The notes: generated from the letters alone by a model not told the origin. Positions 24,001-39,000 are shown, counted from the stretch's first letter. The stretch: DNA of 64,000 nt from Mobula hypostoma (GCF_963921235.1 NC_086109.1:5086001-5150000); one strand, 5' to 3'. Program-made: numbers and translations.

Positions 24001-27000
24001 TCACCTCTCACCCTCCTTTACTCCAAAGAGGAAAGCCCGAACTCGCTCAACCTTTCCTCATAAGATGTGCTTTCTAGTTCAGGCAGCATCCTGGTTAACC
24101 GCTGAACCAATCTGTTGGGATTGCCTTTTCTAAAGGCCTTTTCTAAATATTCCCATAATACAGCAAAGGTACATGGATGGGAAAGATTTGGGACGGCGGG
24201 GATTATCGGCCAAATGGGACAACTCAAACACACACAAACTGCTGGAAGAACTACAAGGAAGGCACCTTGGGCAGCATGAATAAAAGTTGGCCCGAAGGTC
24301 CATTTCCATATTGTACATGGGAGAAGGGGGTAATATATTTGACAATGGACTTAACTTTAGATGCAACATTATTTATTTTTTGGAGATACAGCGTGGAATG
24401 GGCCTTTCTGGCTCTTCGAACCACACCGCCCAGCACCTCCCGATTTAACCCTAGCCCAACCACAGGAAAATTTACAATGACCAAACCAGTATGCTTTTAG
24501 GAAAGCTGGAGGAAACCCATGCGGTCACAGGGAGAACTCCCTACAGAGGGCACCAGAATTGAACTCTGAACTCTGACTCCAAGGTGCAACGGTGTCACGC
24601 TAACCGCTGTGACACTAGTGTGGTGTTTCTACAACCACATTTTAATTCATTTCAGATCATTTATTAACTGGGACAAGAGTGACGTTCCTAAATACTCCTC
24701 TAAAAGTGAGATGGTTGGAAACACAGGAACATTCACAACGACCTTGATGCAGGAACTCATTGGCTGATATCAGACTGGAAGGGTTGGCCCCCACCACACA
24801 GTCACACTACCTGGCTCTCTGTGCTTCATTAAGCAGGGCCTTGGCTGTTTCAACATCCTCCTGGGTATCCGCCAGGATGTCGGTGACGTCAGGAAGGCTG
24901 GCTGCGATGTTGCGCAAGGTGTTGATCTTGCTTCGGATGGTGGCGGCGTCCGTGGGCAGCCTGAGCGAAAGAACGCTTTCACTAATCTTCTGAATTTCAT
25001 CTGGGTCGGCCTGGGCTGCTGCAAGATTCAAGTTGTGTGTGACTTATTAAAAGGGTTTGAGGAAGTAAACTGGACCACCTGACTGTTTCTTTACAGTGGC
25101 ATCCTGGATTTTAATAAAAATATGTTAAAATATGGTCACAAAATCAATTGTCACTGCCTCAGAGGCAGAACTCTCAGAGAAGATCATTGTGTGATTTGAG
25201 TGATGGGGGCACGGAACTAGTGCTATGGTTGGGGTCCTGAGACACACAAGTTCAAATTCCTTTTAGCAGATATTGTTTAAATTCAGTTGATATTCAGAAA
25301 AGTTTTAAAAAGTCAATAATGGTCAAAAATTGTTCACCAGCTTCCCTTAACCCAAACCAGCCTGGTCCAATAGAAATCAACGTTGGATCACAAACTCATT
25401 CATATGATGTAATAATTAATTTTATTAATTACTTTATTTACTTAGTGATTCAGTGTGGGACAGGCCCTTTTGGCCCAGCAAGCCGTGTCATCCAGAATAA
25501 TTTAACCAATTTAACCCCCGCCTAATCACAGGACGGTTTACAATGACCAACTAACCTACTAACCACTATGTCTTTAATTGAAATCAACGTCGGACCACTG
25601 ACTGATTCCCTGTGGCATAATAATCTACTTCAGTGGTAACTATATGCAGAAGGACAAATCTCAGGTTGAATACGACATACATACTTCGCACTGGACAACA
25701 AAGATTTTGCTTCCTGAATACTTTTGGGTGTATCTTATGAATTTTAGGCTTCTGATCATGAAAATTACCATGAAATTTCCCTATCATGCACCATTAAAAA
25801 TTGCCTATATTTGTTATTTCAATTCATGATTCATGTCAATTAAAATGTTGCCCACAATGTAAACTGAAACTGTGAAGTGCAACATGTCAATAAAGATTCA
25901 TTTTCTGCATTCCATTTAGACTCTTCCCTGCAAATCTTGGCGCTGTCAGTGATGAACATGGTGAAAGGTTTCACCAGGATATTGCGGTCATGGAGAAACG
26001 GTATCAGGGCAACTGGAATCCATCAACACTGGCTGATTATGGTTGGACACTTAAGTGAGAAGCCTCAGACACTGAGTACAAATGAAAATCATCCACAAAA
26101 CGTTTTTAGTTTAGTTGAACTATTGCAAAGTGTCACATCTGGTATGCAATTAAATGCATTATATTCAATAAAAGTTAATTTCTTGTTTATCCAAATTCCT
26201 ATGTGATATAATTTCAGACTAGTTGTATTTGTGTTCAGCTTCAACTGGTCTATCATAAACAAAAAAAATTCTGAGGAAGAAACACTTTTGAAAAAATTTG
26301 TTGTCCAGTGTAATAAATAAATGTACTTTGCATCTTTATTTGCTTAAATATCACAGATTTTGTCTTTATTATGGTACAAGCAGATAAAATCCAGGACCAT
26401 ATATTTGCAAAATTCTTATCCACTTGTTTAAATAGTTCTCTATCCTTATCAGGGTGGTGTGGTGGAAATTATCTCTAACAGAAGAGGTGTGAGGTGCTCC
26501 TTCCCTCCACTGGCCTACAGGTCACCCTTGGGCAAGGTGTAGCACCTGCTTAGCCCCCCGATCTGGGTCATGTGAAGCCATGAGAGCTGGTGGTGAAGTA
26601 TTCTACATAACATGAAGCCAGTCCCCAGTGCCATGTATAGAGTGCAAATCTGCAATACTTGCAAGAGAAATGTCTTTCTACCAGCTTCCTGTGTAGTTTT
26701 TTTTATATTAGCACTTCCTGTTCCAGACACACAAATAGGTATTATGGTTGGTGGATGAGTTGGTATGCGCACTGCCTACGCCCCTTGTCAATTGAGCTCT
26801 GCCTAGAACACAGAACACTACAGCACAATACAGGCCCTTCGGCCCACAATGTTGTGCTGACCTTTTGACCTCCTCCAAGAACGATCTAACCCTTCCCACC
26901 TGCATAGACCTCGTCATGCGCCTTTTACAGACAAGACCACTTAGTTAAAATTGACTAAAATTTTAAGAAGCTGCTCACTTGTCAGAAAGTCTTTGATTTG

Positions 27001-30000
27001 GCTGATAAGGTTCTTGATGTTTGCGAGGTTATTTTGCATCTGATCCTTGGCTGAGACAACTCGATTTGTCAGACCTAAGGCATTGCCCTTAATCCTCTGA
27101 GCCATTTGTTCAGTATCTTCAAGCTGAAAAAAAATCACAGGATATCTTGGTTCACACACAGCCTAGGATCAGTTTTGAGACCACTATACTTAAAGACATC
27201 CAGCCCTCAGAATTGATAGGTAGATTCAGTCAATGAAAGCATTGTACAAGACAGTGGTGAAACTGTACCAGAGATTTGCATACAGTTTTGGTCACCTCGT
27301 TATAGGAAAGATGTTATTAAACAGGAAGGAATTACAAGAATGTTGCCAGGACTTCAGGAACTGAGATATAGGGAGGGGTTGTGAAGGCTAGAACTTTATC
27401 CCTAGGCGTGCAGGAGTCTGAAATGATCTTATAGAAGCAACAGGATTATGGAAAGGGCAAATCTGCTCAGCCTTTTTCTCCAGGGAAAGGGAATCAAAAA
27501 TTAGTGGCAAACATTTAGGGCAGGTGATTTGGGGTCCACAGACCCCTTGCTTAATGATATTTGTTCCATGGCATAAAAAAGGTTTGGAATCCCCGGAGAG
27601 AAGGGAAAGATGTTTTAAAAAGGGATAATGTTCACCCAGAGGGTGGTGGGTACGTGGGACGAGCTGCCAGGTGAAATGGTAGAGGCAGGTACATTAACAA
27701 CATTTGGAAGACTTGTGGACAGGAAAGGCTGAAGGGCTTATTGCTATGCTGCACTTTATTCTATACCGTGTTGGGGGTGGTGGGGTGTTTACTGTGGGAT
27801 CTCCAGCCTGCACTCTGGAGAGACTCACGTACACTTCAAGTATCAGAAAGCAGGTGGTAACCACAACAGATCAAAAGGGCAGCTGGATGGTTCAGATTTA
27901 TGAGGGGGGGACTCCGGGACTCCGATTTTACACCAAATGACTTGCACTGAAGAACTAAGAGCATTAAGCAAAATGGTTTACTGAGCAATGTCAATTCCAA
28001 ACAATCTACAACCCCAGCTTACCTTGCGGGAGAGCTCGGCAATCCTGTTGGTGACACCTGGGATGGAGGAACTTCCTCTCTCAGCGTCTTCGATCGCTTT
28101 GCGTGCCAGCTGAAGGGCACCCTGGCAGTTGCTGCCCTGACAGAACTGCGGACATAGCTCCCCCACGCATCGCTCTGCAGTGCAGGGCTCTTTCCTGGAG
28201 TCACCACAGACCTACAGGAAAGGTCAGACATTTATCTTACATACTGCCATCATGGTTCAAGTTGTCACCCACCAGATGTTGAGCGGACATGGAGAGAATC
28301 TTTCCAATAGTGGGAAATGCAGGAACAGACAGCACAGCCACTGAGTACAAGGTCATCCCTTAGAACAGAGATGAAGATGAATTTGGTTAGGTTTTGTAAC
28401 CTCAAAACATTAAACTAATTCAAAGGAAAGCAAGAGAGAACATACACACAAGATTACTCAAGTATTACTGAAATATTAAATATACAAATTTCTTTAGCCA
28501 GAAGGGCCAGAGGGTGGTGAATCTGTGGAATTCATTGCTGTGGAGGACAAGTCATTGGGTATACTTAAAGCAGAGGTGATAGTTTCTTGATTAGTCAGGG
28601 GGGTCAAACGTTATGGGGAGAAGGCAGGAGAATGAGATTGAGAGAGAAGATTAATCAGCCATGAATGATGGCACAGCAGACTTGATGGGCTGAATGGCCT
28701 ATTTCACCTCCAGTCTCTTATGGTCTTATAACTAATTACAGCAGTGCACAACAGGAGGACAGCTGGTCCTCCTGTGGAAGTGATGCCTTACCTTGTGGAT
28801 GAGCGGCAAGACGTCCGGGGTCTTCAGACCATTCTTCAGCACCTGCAGCTTGTCCCTGTTGTCTCTGCTTAGTTGCGTCTCAAGGTTCTTTGCGGTGAAG
28901 CGAGCATCTCGAGCTTTAAGGATAGTGGGTTCGACGGCAGTGACTCGGTCTTTGGCTCCCTGGGAGCGTTGATACGAGGAGAGAATGCTTGTGAAGGTGC
29001 CTGAGAAAATGGAAGTTACCACGATGCATTCAGGGTGAAGCAGAGGCTGCTTGACGTTGTGCAGATACTAACATGGATTTCCCTCATTGAATAAATGGCT
29101 GCTTCAGGCAGCCTCCTAACCATGAGACCCATCACAGAACATGAAACAATGGAGTTGTTACAGAGCAGAACGAGGCCAATCAGCCTATTGATCTTCTAGC
29201 AGAACTGCCCCATGTTTTACCCCAATCCCCGCAAACTATTTCCATCAAATGCCTTCCCAATTTGCTTTCAAAAGCTTTAACTGACTCCATCTCCACCATA
29301 CTGTGTTCAAGATCCAGAGCATTAATTATCACTCTACACAAAATACATTTCCGCCACCCTTCCTTGTAGATTTGCACAGAATCTGAAATCTCTGAGCCAG
29401 GTACCGAACCAACGGAAGCAGAATCCTTCTCTAAACTTTCCACGGTCTCATCTACCTCGATCTAATCTCCTCCCAGCGCTGAGGAGAATGACCCTAGCTT
29501 CTCCAGTCTGACCCAGGAGCTCAAATCCCTCTTCTCTAGGACCATCCCAACAAGTTCTGATCGCCTCATTATTGGAAGGATGTGGAAGTTTTAGAGAGGA
29601 GATTTACCAGGATGCTGCCTGGATTAGAGAGCATGTTTTATCAGGATTAACAGCCAACCTGAAATGCTTTCTCTGCATCGACTTCCTCGTGTTACTTGAG
29701 CTGATGAGTATTTCTGCGGTTTTATTAGGGACAGGAACCGATCACTCACTGAAATCTAACCCACACCTGCTGCTCCGTACCTTGATTGCCCTCAGAGCCT
29801 TCAGCAATGTAGCGGTCCACCTGCTCCCTCTTCATCTGCACTTGGCTCTCCATGTCTCTCATGTCACTCTTCAGCTCATCCAGTTCTCTCTGCAGCCGGA
29901 AACTTTGATCCACATTACTGAAGTCAGTGTTGATGTTGCTTGACACCAATCTGTGAATACATGAAACAAAATCATCGAACATCAGAGCACAGTACAGGCC

Positions 30001-33000
30001 CTTCAGCCCACAATGTTGTGCCGACCTTTTAACCTTCTCCAAGATCTATCTAACCCTTCCCTCCCACTTTGCCTTCCAATTTTCTATCATCCATGTGACT
30101 TTCTTACATGTCCTTAATGTATCCGCCTCTACCACCACCCCTGGCAGGATGTTCCACACACCCACCACTGTCTGTGTATAAAAAAAAACTCTTGCCTCTG
30201 ATATCTCCCCTATACCTTCCTCAAATTTCCTTAAAATTATGACCACTCATATTAGTCATTTTTGCTCTGGGGAAAAAAGTCTGTCTATGCCCTCAGTCTT
30301 TGCCTCTTATCATCTTGAACACTTCTATCAAGTCACTGCTGTACTCCAAAGAAAAGCTCACTCAACCTTTCCTCATAAGATATACTCCCCAATCCAGGCA
30401 CAGATTCGCCCTCTGCACCCTCTCTAAAGCTTCCACATCCTTCCTATGATGAGGCGACCAGAACTAACTAACACTCCAAGTGTGGTCTAACCAGGTTTTT
30501 ATAGGGCTGCAACGTTACCTTGCAGCTCGAACTCAATCCCCCGACGTATCCCCTGAATGCACGTAAACGACTAGGTTTTGGAATAAGGATCTGTTCCTGG
30601 TCCACAGCTGTTGTTGAGTGTCACCACAAGCAACTCTCACTGTGACTACCTGGTTCATTCCCCTCTCTAGTCTCACCTTGCATACAGCAAATAGGAGATA
30701 ATGTGACCACAAGATATAGGAGCAGAATTAGGCCATTTGGCCCATTGAGCTTTGCTCTGCCATTTTATCAAGGCTGATCAATTTCCCTTTCAGTCCCAAT
30801 CTCCTGCCCTCAGCCTGTAATCCTTCATGCCCTGACTAATCAAGAATTTATCAGCCTCTGCCTTAAATATACCTAATGACTTGGTTTCCACAGCTGCCTG
30901 AGGCAATGATTTCCACAGATTCATCACCCTCTGGCTAAAGAAATTCCTCCTCATCTCCGTTCTAAATGGATGTTTTAGTATACCCATTGACTTGGCCACC
31001 ACAGCTGCCTGTGGAAATGAATTCTACAGATTCACAATCCTCTGGTTAAAGAAATTCCTCCTCATTGCCGTTCTAGATGGACATCCCCCTGTCCTATAAT
31101 GAGTCTGATCTACCTCTTGTTTTGCGTCAAAGTCCATAAATTCCTCCAGATGTGGAGTTTTTAAAAGTTTTCAAAGAGGAAACACTAGCGTGGTTTAAGA
31201 AAATACATGCTGTTTGCAGCTGGTTCATTTCTACCACCAGAGAGAACCAACACGTCACTTCAGCCATTCTGTGCCTCTTTCAGGGCTTCAGCCTAGACTT
31301 GGCTCTGCCGACTCCAGGTGACCCTATCACCCCACGGCTCAGACCGTCTCCGGGTGTCCGGGTGACTCTATCACCCCTCGGCTCTGCCGTCTCCAGGTGA
31401 CCCTATCACCCCACGGCTCAGACCGTCTCCGGGTGTCCGGGTGACTCTATCGCCCCTCGGCTCTGCCGTCTCCGGGTGACCCTGTCGCCCCACGGCTCAG
31501 ACCGTCTCTGGGTGACCCTGTCGCCCCACGGCTCAGACCGTCTCTGGGTGTCCGGGTGACCCTGTCGCCCCACGGCTCAGACTGTCTCCGGGTGTCCGGG
31601 TGACCCTGTCGCCCCACGGCTCAGACTGTCTCCGGGTGACCCTATCACCCCATGGCTCAGACCGTCTCCGGGTGTCCGGGTGACTCTATCACCCCTCGGC
31701 TCTGCCATCTCCGGGTGACCCTATCACCCCTCGGCTCTGCCGTCTCCGGGTGACCCTATCACCCCACGGCTCAGACCGTCTCTGGGTGACCCTATCGGCC
31801 CACGGCTCAGACCGTCTCCGGGTGTCCAGGTGACCCTGTCGCCCCACGGCTCAGACCGTCTCCAGGTGACCCTATCACCCCACGGCTCAGACTGTGGCTG
31901 ACAACGAGAGGGCACTGCCTTGTATCTGAGGAGGGTTGTGTCCATTATTGGAAAACCAAACAGGGATGAAGTGAGAGATCACAGAGTGTTCATTTACAAA
32001 GATTATATTGGCAGAGTAAAACAGCATGGGTACTGGCTCCGCAGTCCCACCGGTCCATGCCGACCCAGCTAATCCCAATTTCCTGCGTACAATCCATATG
32101 CCTCCAAGAACCACCCCTCCATGTACGCGTCAAGTGGTTCTTCAGTGATACTATCATAACTGCCTCACCACTCCCTCGGGCAGCTCGTTCCTTTCCTTCT
32201 GCATGAAAAGGTTGTCTCTCACATCCACTTTCAAATCCTTCCCCTAGATCCACACTCCCTAGTTTTGGTCTCCCCCACCCTGGGGAAAAAAATTGTTACT
32301 GTCCATCTTATCTATACCCCTCAGTTTTAAGCAGTTTTAAGGTCACACCCATGCTGCAAGAAATAGAGAACTAGCCCGGCAAACCTCTCCCTATAAGTCA
32401 GGTTGCAACTAGTCCTGGCAATGTTCTTGTAAAGCTTTTCTGCTCTCTTTCCAGTTTACCCACATCATCTCTACAACAGGATGACCAAGGCGACACAGCA
32501 TTCGAAGGCAACACACACAAAATGCTGCAGGCTGGGCAGCATTCATGGAAAGTGATAAACAGTCAACGTTTAGGGTTGGGAAGGAAGCGGGAAGATGCCA
32601 GAATAAAAAGGTGGGGGGGAGAGGGAGGAGGTTAGCTGGAAGGTGATAGGTGAATCCAGGTGACTGGGAAAGGTAAAGGGCTGGAGAGGAAGGAATCTGA
32701 TAGGAGAGGAGAGCGGACCATAGAAGAAAGGGAAGGAGTTGTCATCCCGGGGGGAGTAACAGTGAGGGGAGGTAAAAAGTCAGAGTAAGTTGAAGTGAAC
32801 GTTCATGCCATCAGGTTGGAGGCTACCCAGACGGAATATAAGGTGTTGTTCCTCCACTCTGAGGGTGGCCTCATCTTGGCATGGATGTCCGAATTAAATT
32901 GTTTGGCTACCGGGAAATCCTGCTTATGGCAGTTGGTGCAGAGGTGCTCGATGAAGCAGTGCCCCAATTTCCGACGGCTCTCACCAATATAGAATGAGGC

Positions 33001-36000
33001 CATGTGAAGAGCGCCGGAAGATTGTTGGTGCAGTAGAACTGCATCGTAATATCCCAGCTCCTGTACTCAGTGCCCGGACTGATGAAGGCAAACGCCTTTT
33101 TCACCACGCTCTGTATCGATGATGCAGCTAGGCACTATTGTGATCAGCAAACCCTAACAGTGGACCAGTACCTGAGGTGCTGAAGGTTGTCGTACACTTC
33201 TGTGATGGTGCTGTTTCTCACGGCAGGGTTGCTGATGATTGCCTGGATTTGCTGCAGCCTGTTATCCAGTGCACTAATCTCACCGTTGTACTGACTGCTC
33301 GCTTCACCTGGCAGCTTGACGTTTAGCAGGGCCTTGTGCCGCCTGGTGATTGTGCCCAGCTCGTTGTCCATCATCTGGAAGCACGGGTGGCACTGCTTGC
33401 AGTTCGGGAAGTCAGAGCAGTAACCACGCTGGCACTCGTTGCAACATCTGCCCGTAATCCCTGGCCGACACAGGCACTGACCTGTACTCTTGTCACACAT
33501 GGCAGTCTCAGAGCCGTGACGGTCACAGTCACATCCTGTCCGGGATGGAAGTTCAAAGAAAATTCAGTTACTGTTGCTATAACATCTGTCCTTTGAAGTC
33601 ATAGAGTCATACTGCACAGAAACAGGACCTTTGGCTCGACTGGTCCATTCTGATCAACGTCCGTCAAAGCTAGTCTCATTGGCCCAGCGCCTTCTAACCA
33701 GGGATGGTGAACCTATGGCACGTGTGCCCAAGGTGGCACACGCAAAAGTTCTGTTGGCACATGGCCATGAAGTGATGCTCCTCAGTTCTTTAAACCCCAC
33801 CCATTTCAATCTGTCTCTGTCATTCTTCTGTTACTAATAAAACATTAAATATACACAAATAAACAAGAGGACTCAGCCTTTTCCCTCAAAAAGTCCATAA
33901 TTATTATTACTAATTCATTAATCAATGATAATCTCTGCTCAAAATTACCATGGCAAGTGAGAGAATCTTTTAGAAGGTATCACCGGTTTGGGCACACACA
34001 CTCAAAAAGATTCATAACCACTGTTTTAAGCCTTTCTTATCCACGTACAAGCCCAAAAATATCATTAACGTACCTGCCTCAAACATTTCCTCCAGCATCT
34101 CATTCCACCCTCCGGGTGAAAACAATTGCCCCTCTGGTTCCTATTAAATCTTCCTGCTCTCACCTTAAACCTGTGCCCTCTACCCTCTTTCACCTCAGAT
34201 GGTTGAAGAAGCCCCCAAATCCTAAGAACTTTCTACAGGGGCACAATTGAGAACATCCTGACTGGAATGGGAACTGTACCTCCTTCAATCGCAGGACTCT
34301 GCAGAGAGTGGTGCGGACAGCCCAGCGCCTCTGTAGAAGTGAACTTCCCATGATTCAGGACATTTACAAAGACAGGTGTGTAAAAAAGGGCCCGAAGGAT
34401 CATTGGGGACCCAAGTCACCCCAGCCACAAACTGTTCCAGCTGCTACCATCTGGGAAATGGTACCACAGCATCAAAGCCAGGACCAACAGGTTCCAGGAC
34501 AACTTCTTCCACCAGGCCGTCAGACTGATTAATTCATGCTGACACAATTGTATTTCTACGTTATATTGACTGTCCTGTTGTATACACTGTTTATTATAAA
34601 TTGCTATAAATTGCACATTTAGACAGACATAACATAAGGCTTTTTACTCCTCATGTATATGAAAGATGCAGGTAATGAAGTCAAGTCAATTCAATTCAAT
34701 TCCTGATTCCCTGACCCTTGGAATCAGGAACCAGAGGCCTCTACATTCCATGACATTGGACTATGCATTATCAAGCCAAAGTAACTCTGGATTCAAGTTC
34801 ACTTCAAAGGAATCTCCAGGTCAATAATGTAATTGAATTGAAATTAAATGTCTGATGAAGGGGCATCGATCTCAATGTTACGGAAACTGCTCGACCTGCT
34901 GAGCGTTTTCAGCACTGCCTGTTCTTGTTACAGAGACGAAACTCATGACCTCACAATCAACCTCGTTGAGACCTCACACCTTACTGTCTGCCTGCACTTC
35001 ATCTGTAACGGCTACACTTAACTCTGCATTCTGTTATTGTTTTACCTTGTTCTACCTCGGAGCACTCTGCAATGATTTGATCTGAATGAACAGTATGCAA
35101 GACAAGATTTTCACTGTATCTCAGTAGGTGACACTAATAAACCAATATCAACGTCATCAATATTCCTCAGCAGCCGAACATGGGCAGCAAGCCAGAGGTT
35201 TTCATCTCATTGCCCCCCTCTACCCTTCTGTTCTCTATTCTGGGCTCAGGAGAGGGACTTATGGGAGGCTGGTGTACCAGACTGAGCCCCCGACACCACC
35301 ACTGGGATTTACGCCTGGGTGTGGCAGCAGAGACACCGCGGTGACGAGCTGCGGACAGCAACTTAGCTGTGCGAGCTCACACCTCTCAACTTCAGCACGG
35401 GTAAACGTGAGCAAGCTGGGAGGTCATGGAATACTTGGAAAATTAGAATAAAAATGGCACATCATAGAGGAATAGAAGAAAACAAAACCAGAAAATGTGA
35501 TACCCAGAGAACTCTGAACTTGAGGTCAATCTCAGAAAGAAAATTTGTTAATCTAACAGATTCTGCAGATGCTGGAAATCCAGAGCCACACACAGAAAAT
35601 ACTGGAGGAACTCAGTGGGTCAGGCAGCATCTATGGAGATGAAAAAACAGTCGACACTTCAGGCAGCAACCCTTCATCATGACAGTTTGCTAACAAACAA
35701 AATTTGCTCAGCTCTCATCACCTTGTTTGGACGATATTGTGGACCATTTTGGTCACCAGCAGAGGGGCTACAAAGGAGATTCCAAAGCAGAGACCAGAAA
35801 TTACATCCAGCAAGGAATATTGAGCAGCAACTGAGCATAATGCTCAGCACAGACATTGTGGGCCAAATGGCCTCTTCCTGTGCTGCACTGTTCCATGTCA
35901 CAGAGCATTACAGCACAGAAACAGGCCCTTTGGCCCATCTAGTCTGTGTTGGGACTGGCCTTCTGCTTAGTCCATAACACCATAAGACATTGGAGCAGAA

Positions 36001-39000
36001 TTAGGCCAGTTGACCCATTGAGTCTGCTCCACTGTGTCCGATTTATTTTCCCTCTCAACCCCATCTACATGCACCCAGACCACGGGTCTCCATGTGTCTC
36101 ATACATCTACTTATCCAGACCTCTCTTCTACATGCTACTTGTTGTGATATCTTTGGTGATAACAATAGAACAAATAGTTTTCCCATTTACTAACCTTTAG
36201 CCAGGAATTCTTTCTTAACTCCAACAGTCATGCAAGAACTACTCTCTGACAAAGGCTATCAACTGGAGTAAAGACATAGATACTTGTTCTAATTCTTTGC
36301 AGCAGAACATTCTTCTCTACATCTGAGGCCTGGACTTGCTCAATTGTTGCCAATGGACAGAAATTTTTCCCCAAAGGGGGGTTCTGGAGGAATGATAAAT
36401 CCCCAAGTTCAGTGTCAGCCAACTGGCCGGTAATGACCGAGTACTCACGCATGCATTCTGTCCCCAGACGGTAGTAGTAATCTGGGCATGCCTGCAGATC
36501 TGACCGGCTGCAAGTCCTCCCACTATTGGCTGTTCGGCAGGGGCATTGACCTGTAACCTGGACAACACAACAAACAATTAAAATACACAAGGAAAGTAAG
36601 AACTTCCCAATGCGCACCCTCTCAGTCCAGCAATTAAACTCTGTTAACCGAACATTACCTTCCTTTTGTCACTGAGTAAGCATTCATTTGCTCGTTATGT
36701 GCCGTGTTGTATGACAAGGGCGATCGCGATCTTTCCACGACCATGATTATTCTTGGCAAAATTTTCTGTATTAGTGATTTGCTATTGCCTTCTTCCGGGC
36801 AGTGTCTTTATAGGAAGGGTGACCCCAGCCAGTATCAATACTTTTCAGAGCCTGTCTACCTGGCGTCAGTGGTCACATAACCAAGACAATATGCACCAGC
36901 TGCTCATACGACCACCTGCCACTTGCTCCCATGGCTTCACATGACCCTATGGGGAGGCACTAAGGAGATGCTACACCTTACCCAAGGGTAACCTGCAGGC
37001 TAGTGGAGGGAAGGAGCACCTTACACCCCGTTTGGTAGAAACGCATCTCCATCCTGCCACCCAGAGTAAGCATTACTAGCCAAAAAAAACATCAGATTTC
37101 TGAATGAACCACGAACACCACCTCACTATTCCTCTTCTTGTGGGTGGTGGGGTAGAGATATGTTTCTACCAGAGGAGGTGTAAGGTGCTCCTTCCCTCTA
37201 CTAGCCTGCAGGTCACCCTTGGGCAAGGTGTAGCACCTGCTTGGGCCTCTGATCAGGGTCACGTGAAGCCATGGGAGCAGGTGGTGGATGGTCGTAAGAG
37301 CAGTTGGTGTGTATCACAAGTCCTGGTTATGTGACCACTGACGCCAGGCAGACAATCTCTGAAGAGTATTGATAATGGCTGGGGTCACCAGTCTTGTAAA
37401 GACACTGCCCAGAAGGCAATGGCAAACAACTTCTGTAGAAAAATTTGCCAAGAACAATCATGGTCATGGAAAGATCATGATCACCTACATCACACAATAT
37501 AGCACACATGGTGATGATTATTCCTCTTTTGCACTTTTTTTATCACATTTTTTAGTAATTAGATATATCTTCAATCCACAAAACAACAAAATCCATGTCT
37601 TCTGTCACTGACAATCAACCTAATTCTGATTTATAACTTTCTCGATCTCAACAACAAAGCTGTGAAATCTACCAGAACGGATGCTTGAGGAACAGCACTG
37701 GTCAGTAGCCTCCAGGCAGAATACCCCCCATCTACAACCACCCTTCTGTGGGCAACGTAATTCTGAATCCACGCAGCCAAGTTTCCCTGGACCTCAACCT
37801 CCTGACTACCATATGGAACCTTATCAAATGCCTTTCTAAAATCAATATAAACCACATCCACTGCTCTACCTTCATCAACGTGCTTTGTCACATCCTCAAA
37901 GAATTCAGTCAGGATTGTGACGCATTCTCACAAAGCCAAGCCAACCATCCCGAATCAGACTAAGCTTCTCAAAATGCTTGTAAGAGTCTAAGAATCCTCT
38001 CCAGTAATTTGCCCACCACTGAAGAAAGACTCACTGGCTGATAATTCCTACAGTTATCCCTATTCCCTTTCTTGGATAAAGGAATACTATTTGCCACTCT
38101 CCAATCATCTGGTGGTAGCCAGTGAGGATGGAAAGATCATTGTCGAAGGTGCAGCAATCTCTTCCCTCTGTAATCTGGGAATATCCCTCTGGGCCCAGGG
38201 ACTGATCTATCCTAATGCCTTTTCAATGTTCCAGCACATTCTTTTTCTTCAACATCGACATTTTAAGCATGCCACCTTTCGTGAGGGGAGGCCCTGAGCT
38301 TTCGGGCGTGACGGGAGTTATGCCGTACCTCATCGCAGCGCTGACTGTAGGAGTTTGTAGGATCACAGCTGCAGGGAGTGCAGCCAACTCCACTCCTCAG
38401 GTTCCAGAAGCCCTCGGCACACCGGTCGCAGTTGGAGCCCACCACGTTGGGGAGGCAGGCGCACTGGCCCGTTGTCGGGCTGCAGAGCCCTCCCGCCTGA
38501 GAACCCCGCCCATTGCACGTGCATCCTGAAAAAAATAATACACATTCCAGTCGGATCCATCGCGGGGAATATCCCATTCCCTCAGCCCATGGGCAGTTCA
38601 TTAACATCTGGTGGAAATGAATGGGTGAGGTGTCTGGGATAGTTGGCAGCAGCCAGCACTCTGGCCCAGCCATTCTTACTCCTTGGATAGTATGTTTTCG
38701 GCTTGAGGTGGAGTCCGAGCCCATACTGGGGAAAGGTGGCCTTTTCTGGTAAAACAGCGTATACAGCCATGCAGTGCTACAGCATAAAAACAGGCTGTTC
38801 GGCCCATCGTGTTTGTACTAACCACCCTGAGAACACTTTACCTATTACTGGCGGTACATTATTTTCCAAAAAACCCAATTCCCACACTTGGTCCATTGCT
38901 TCCTTTGCCTTAATGATACAAGGGCTTGTGGAGGTACTTACTGGAGGATGGATTTGGAAGCTTTAGAGATTTGCCAGGATGCTGCTTGGTTTAGGGAGCA

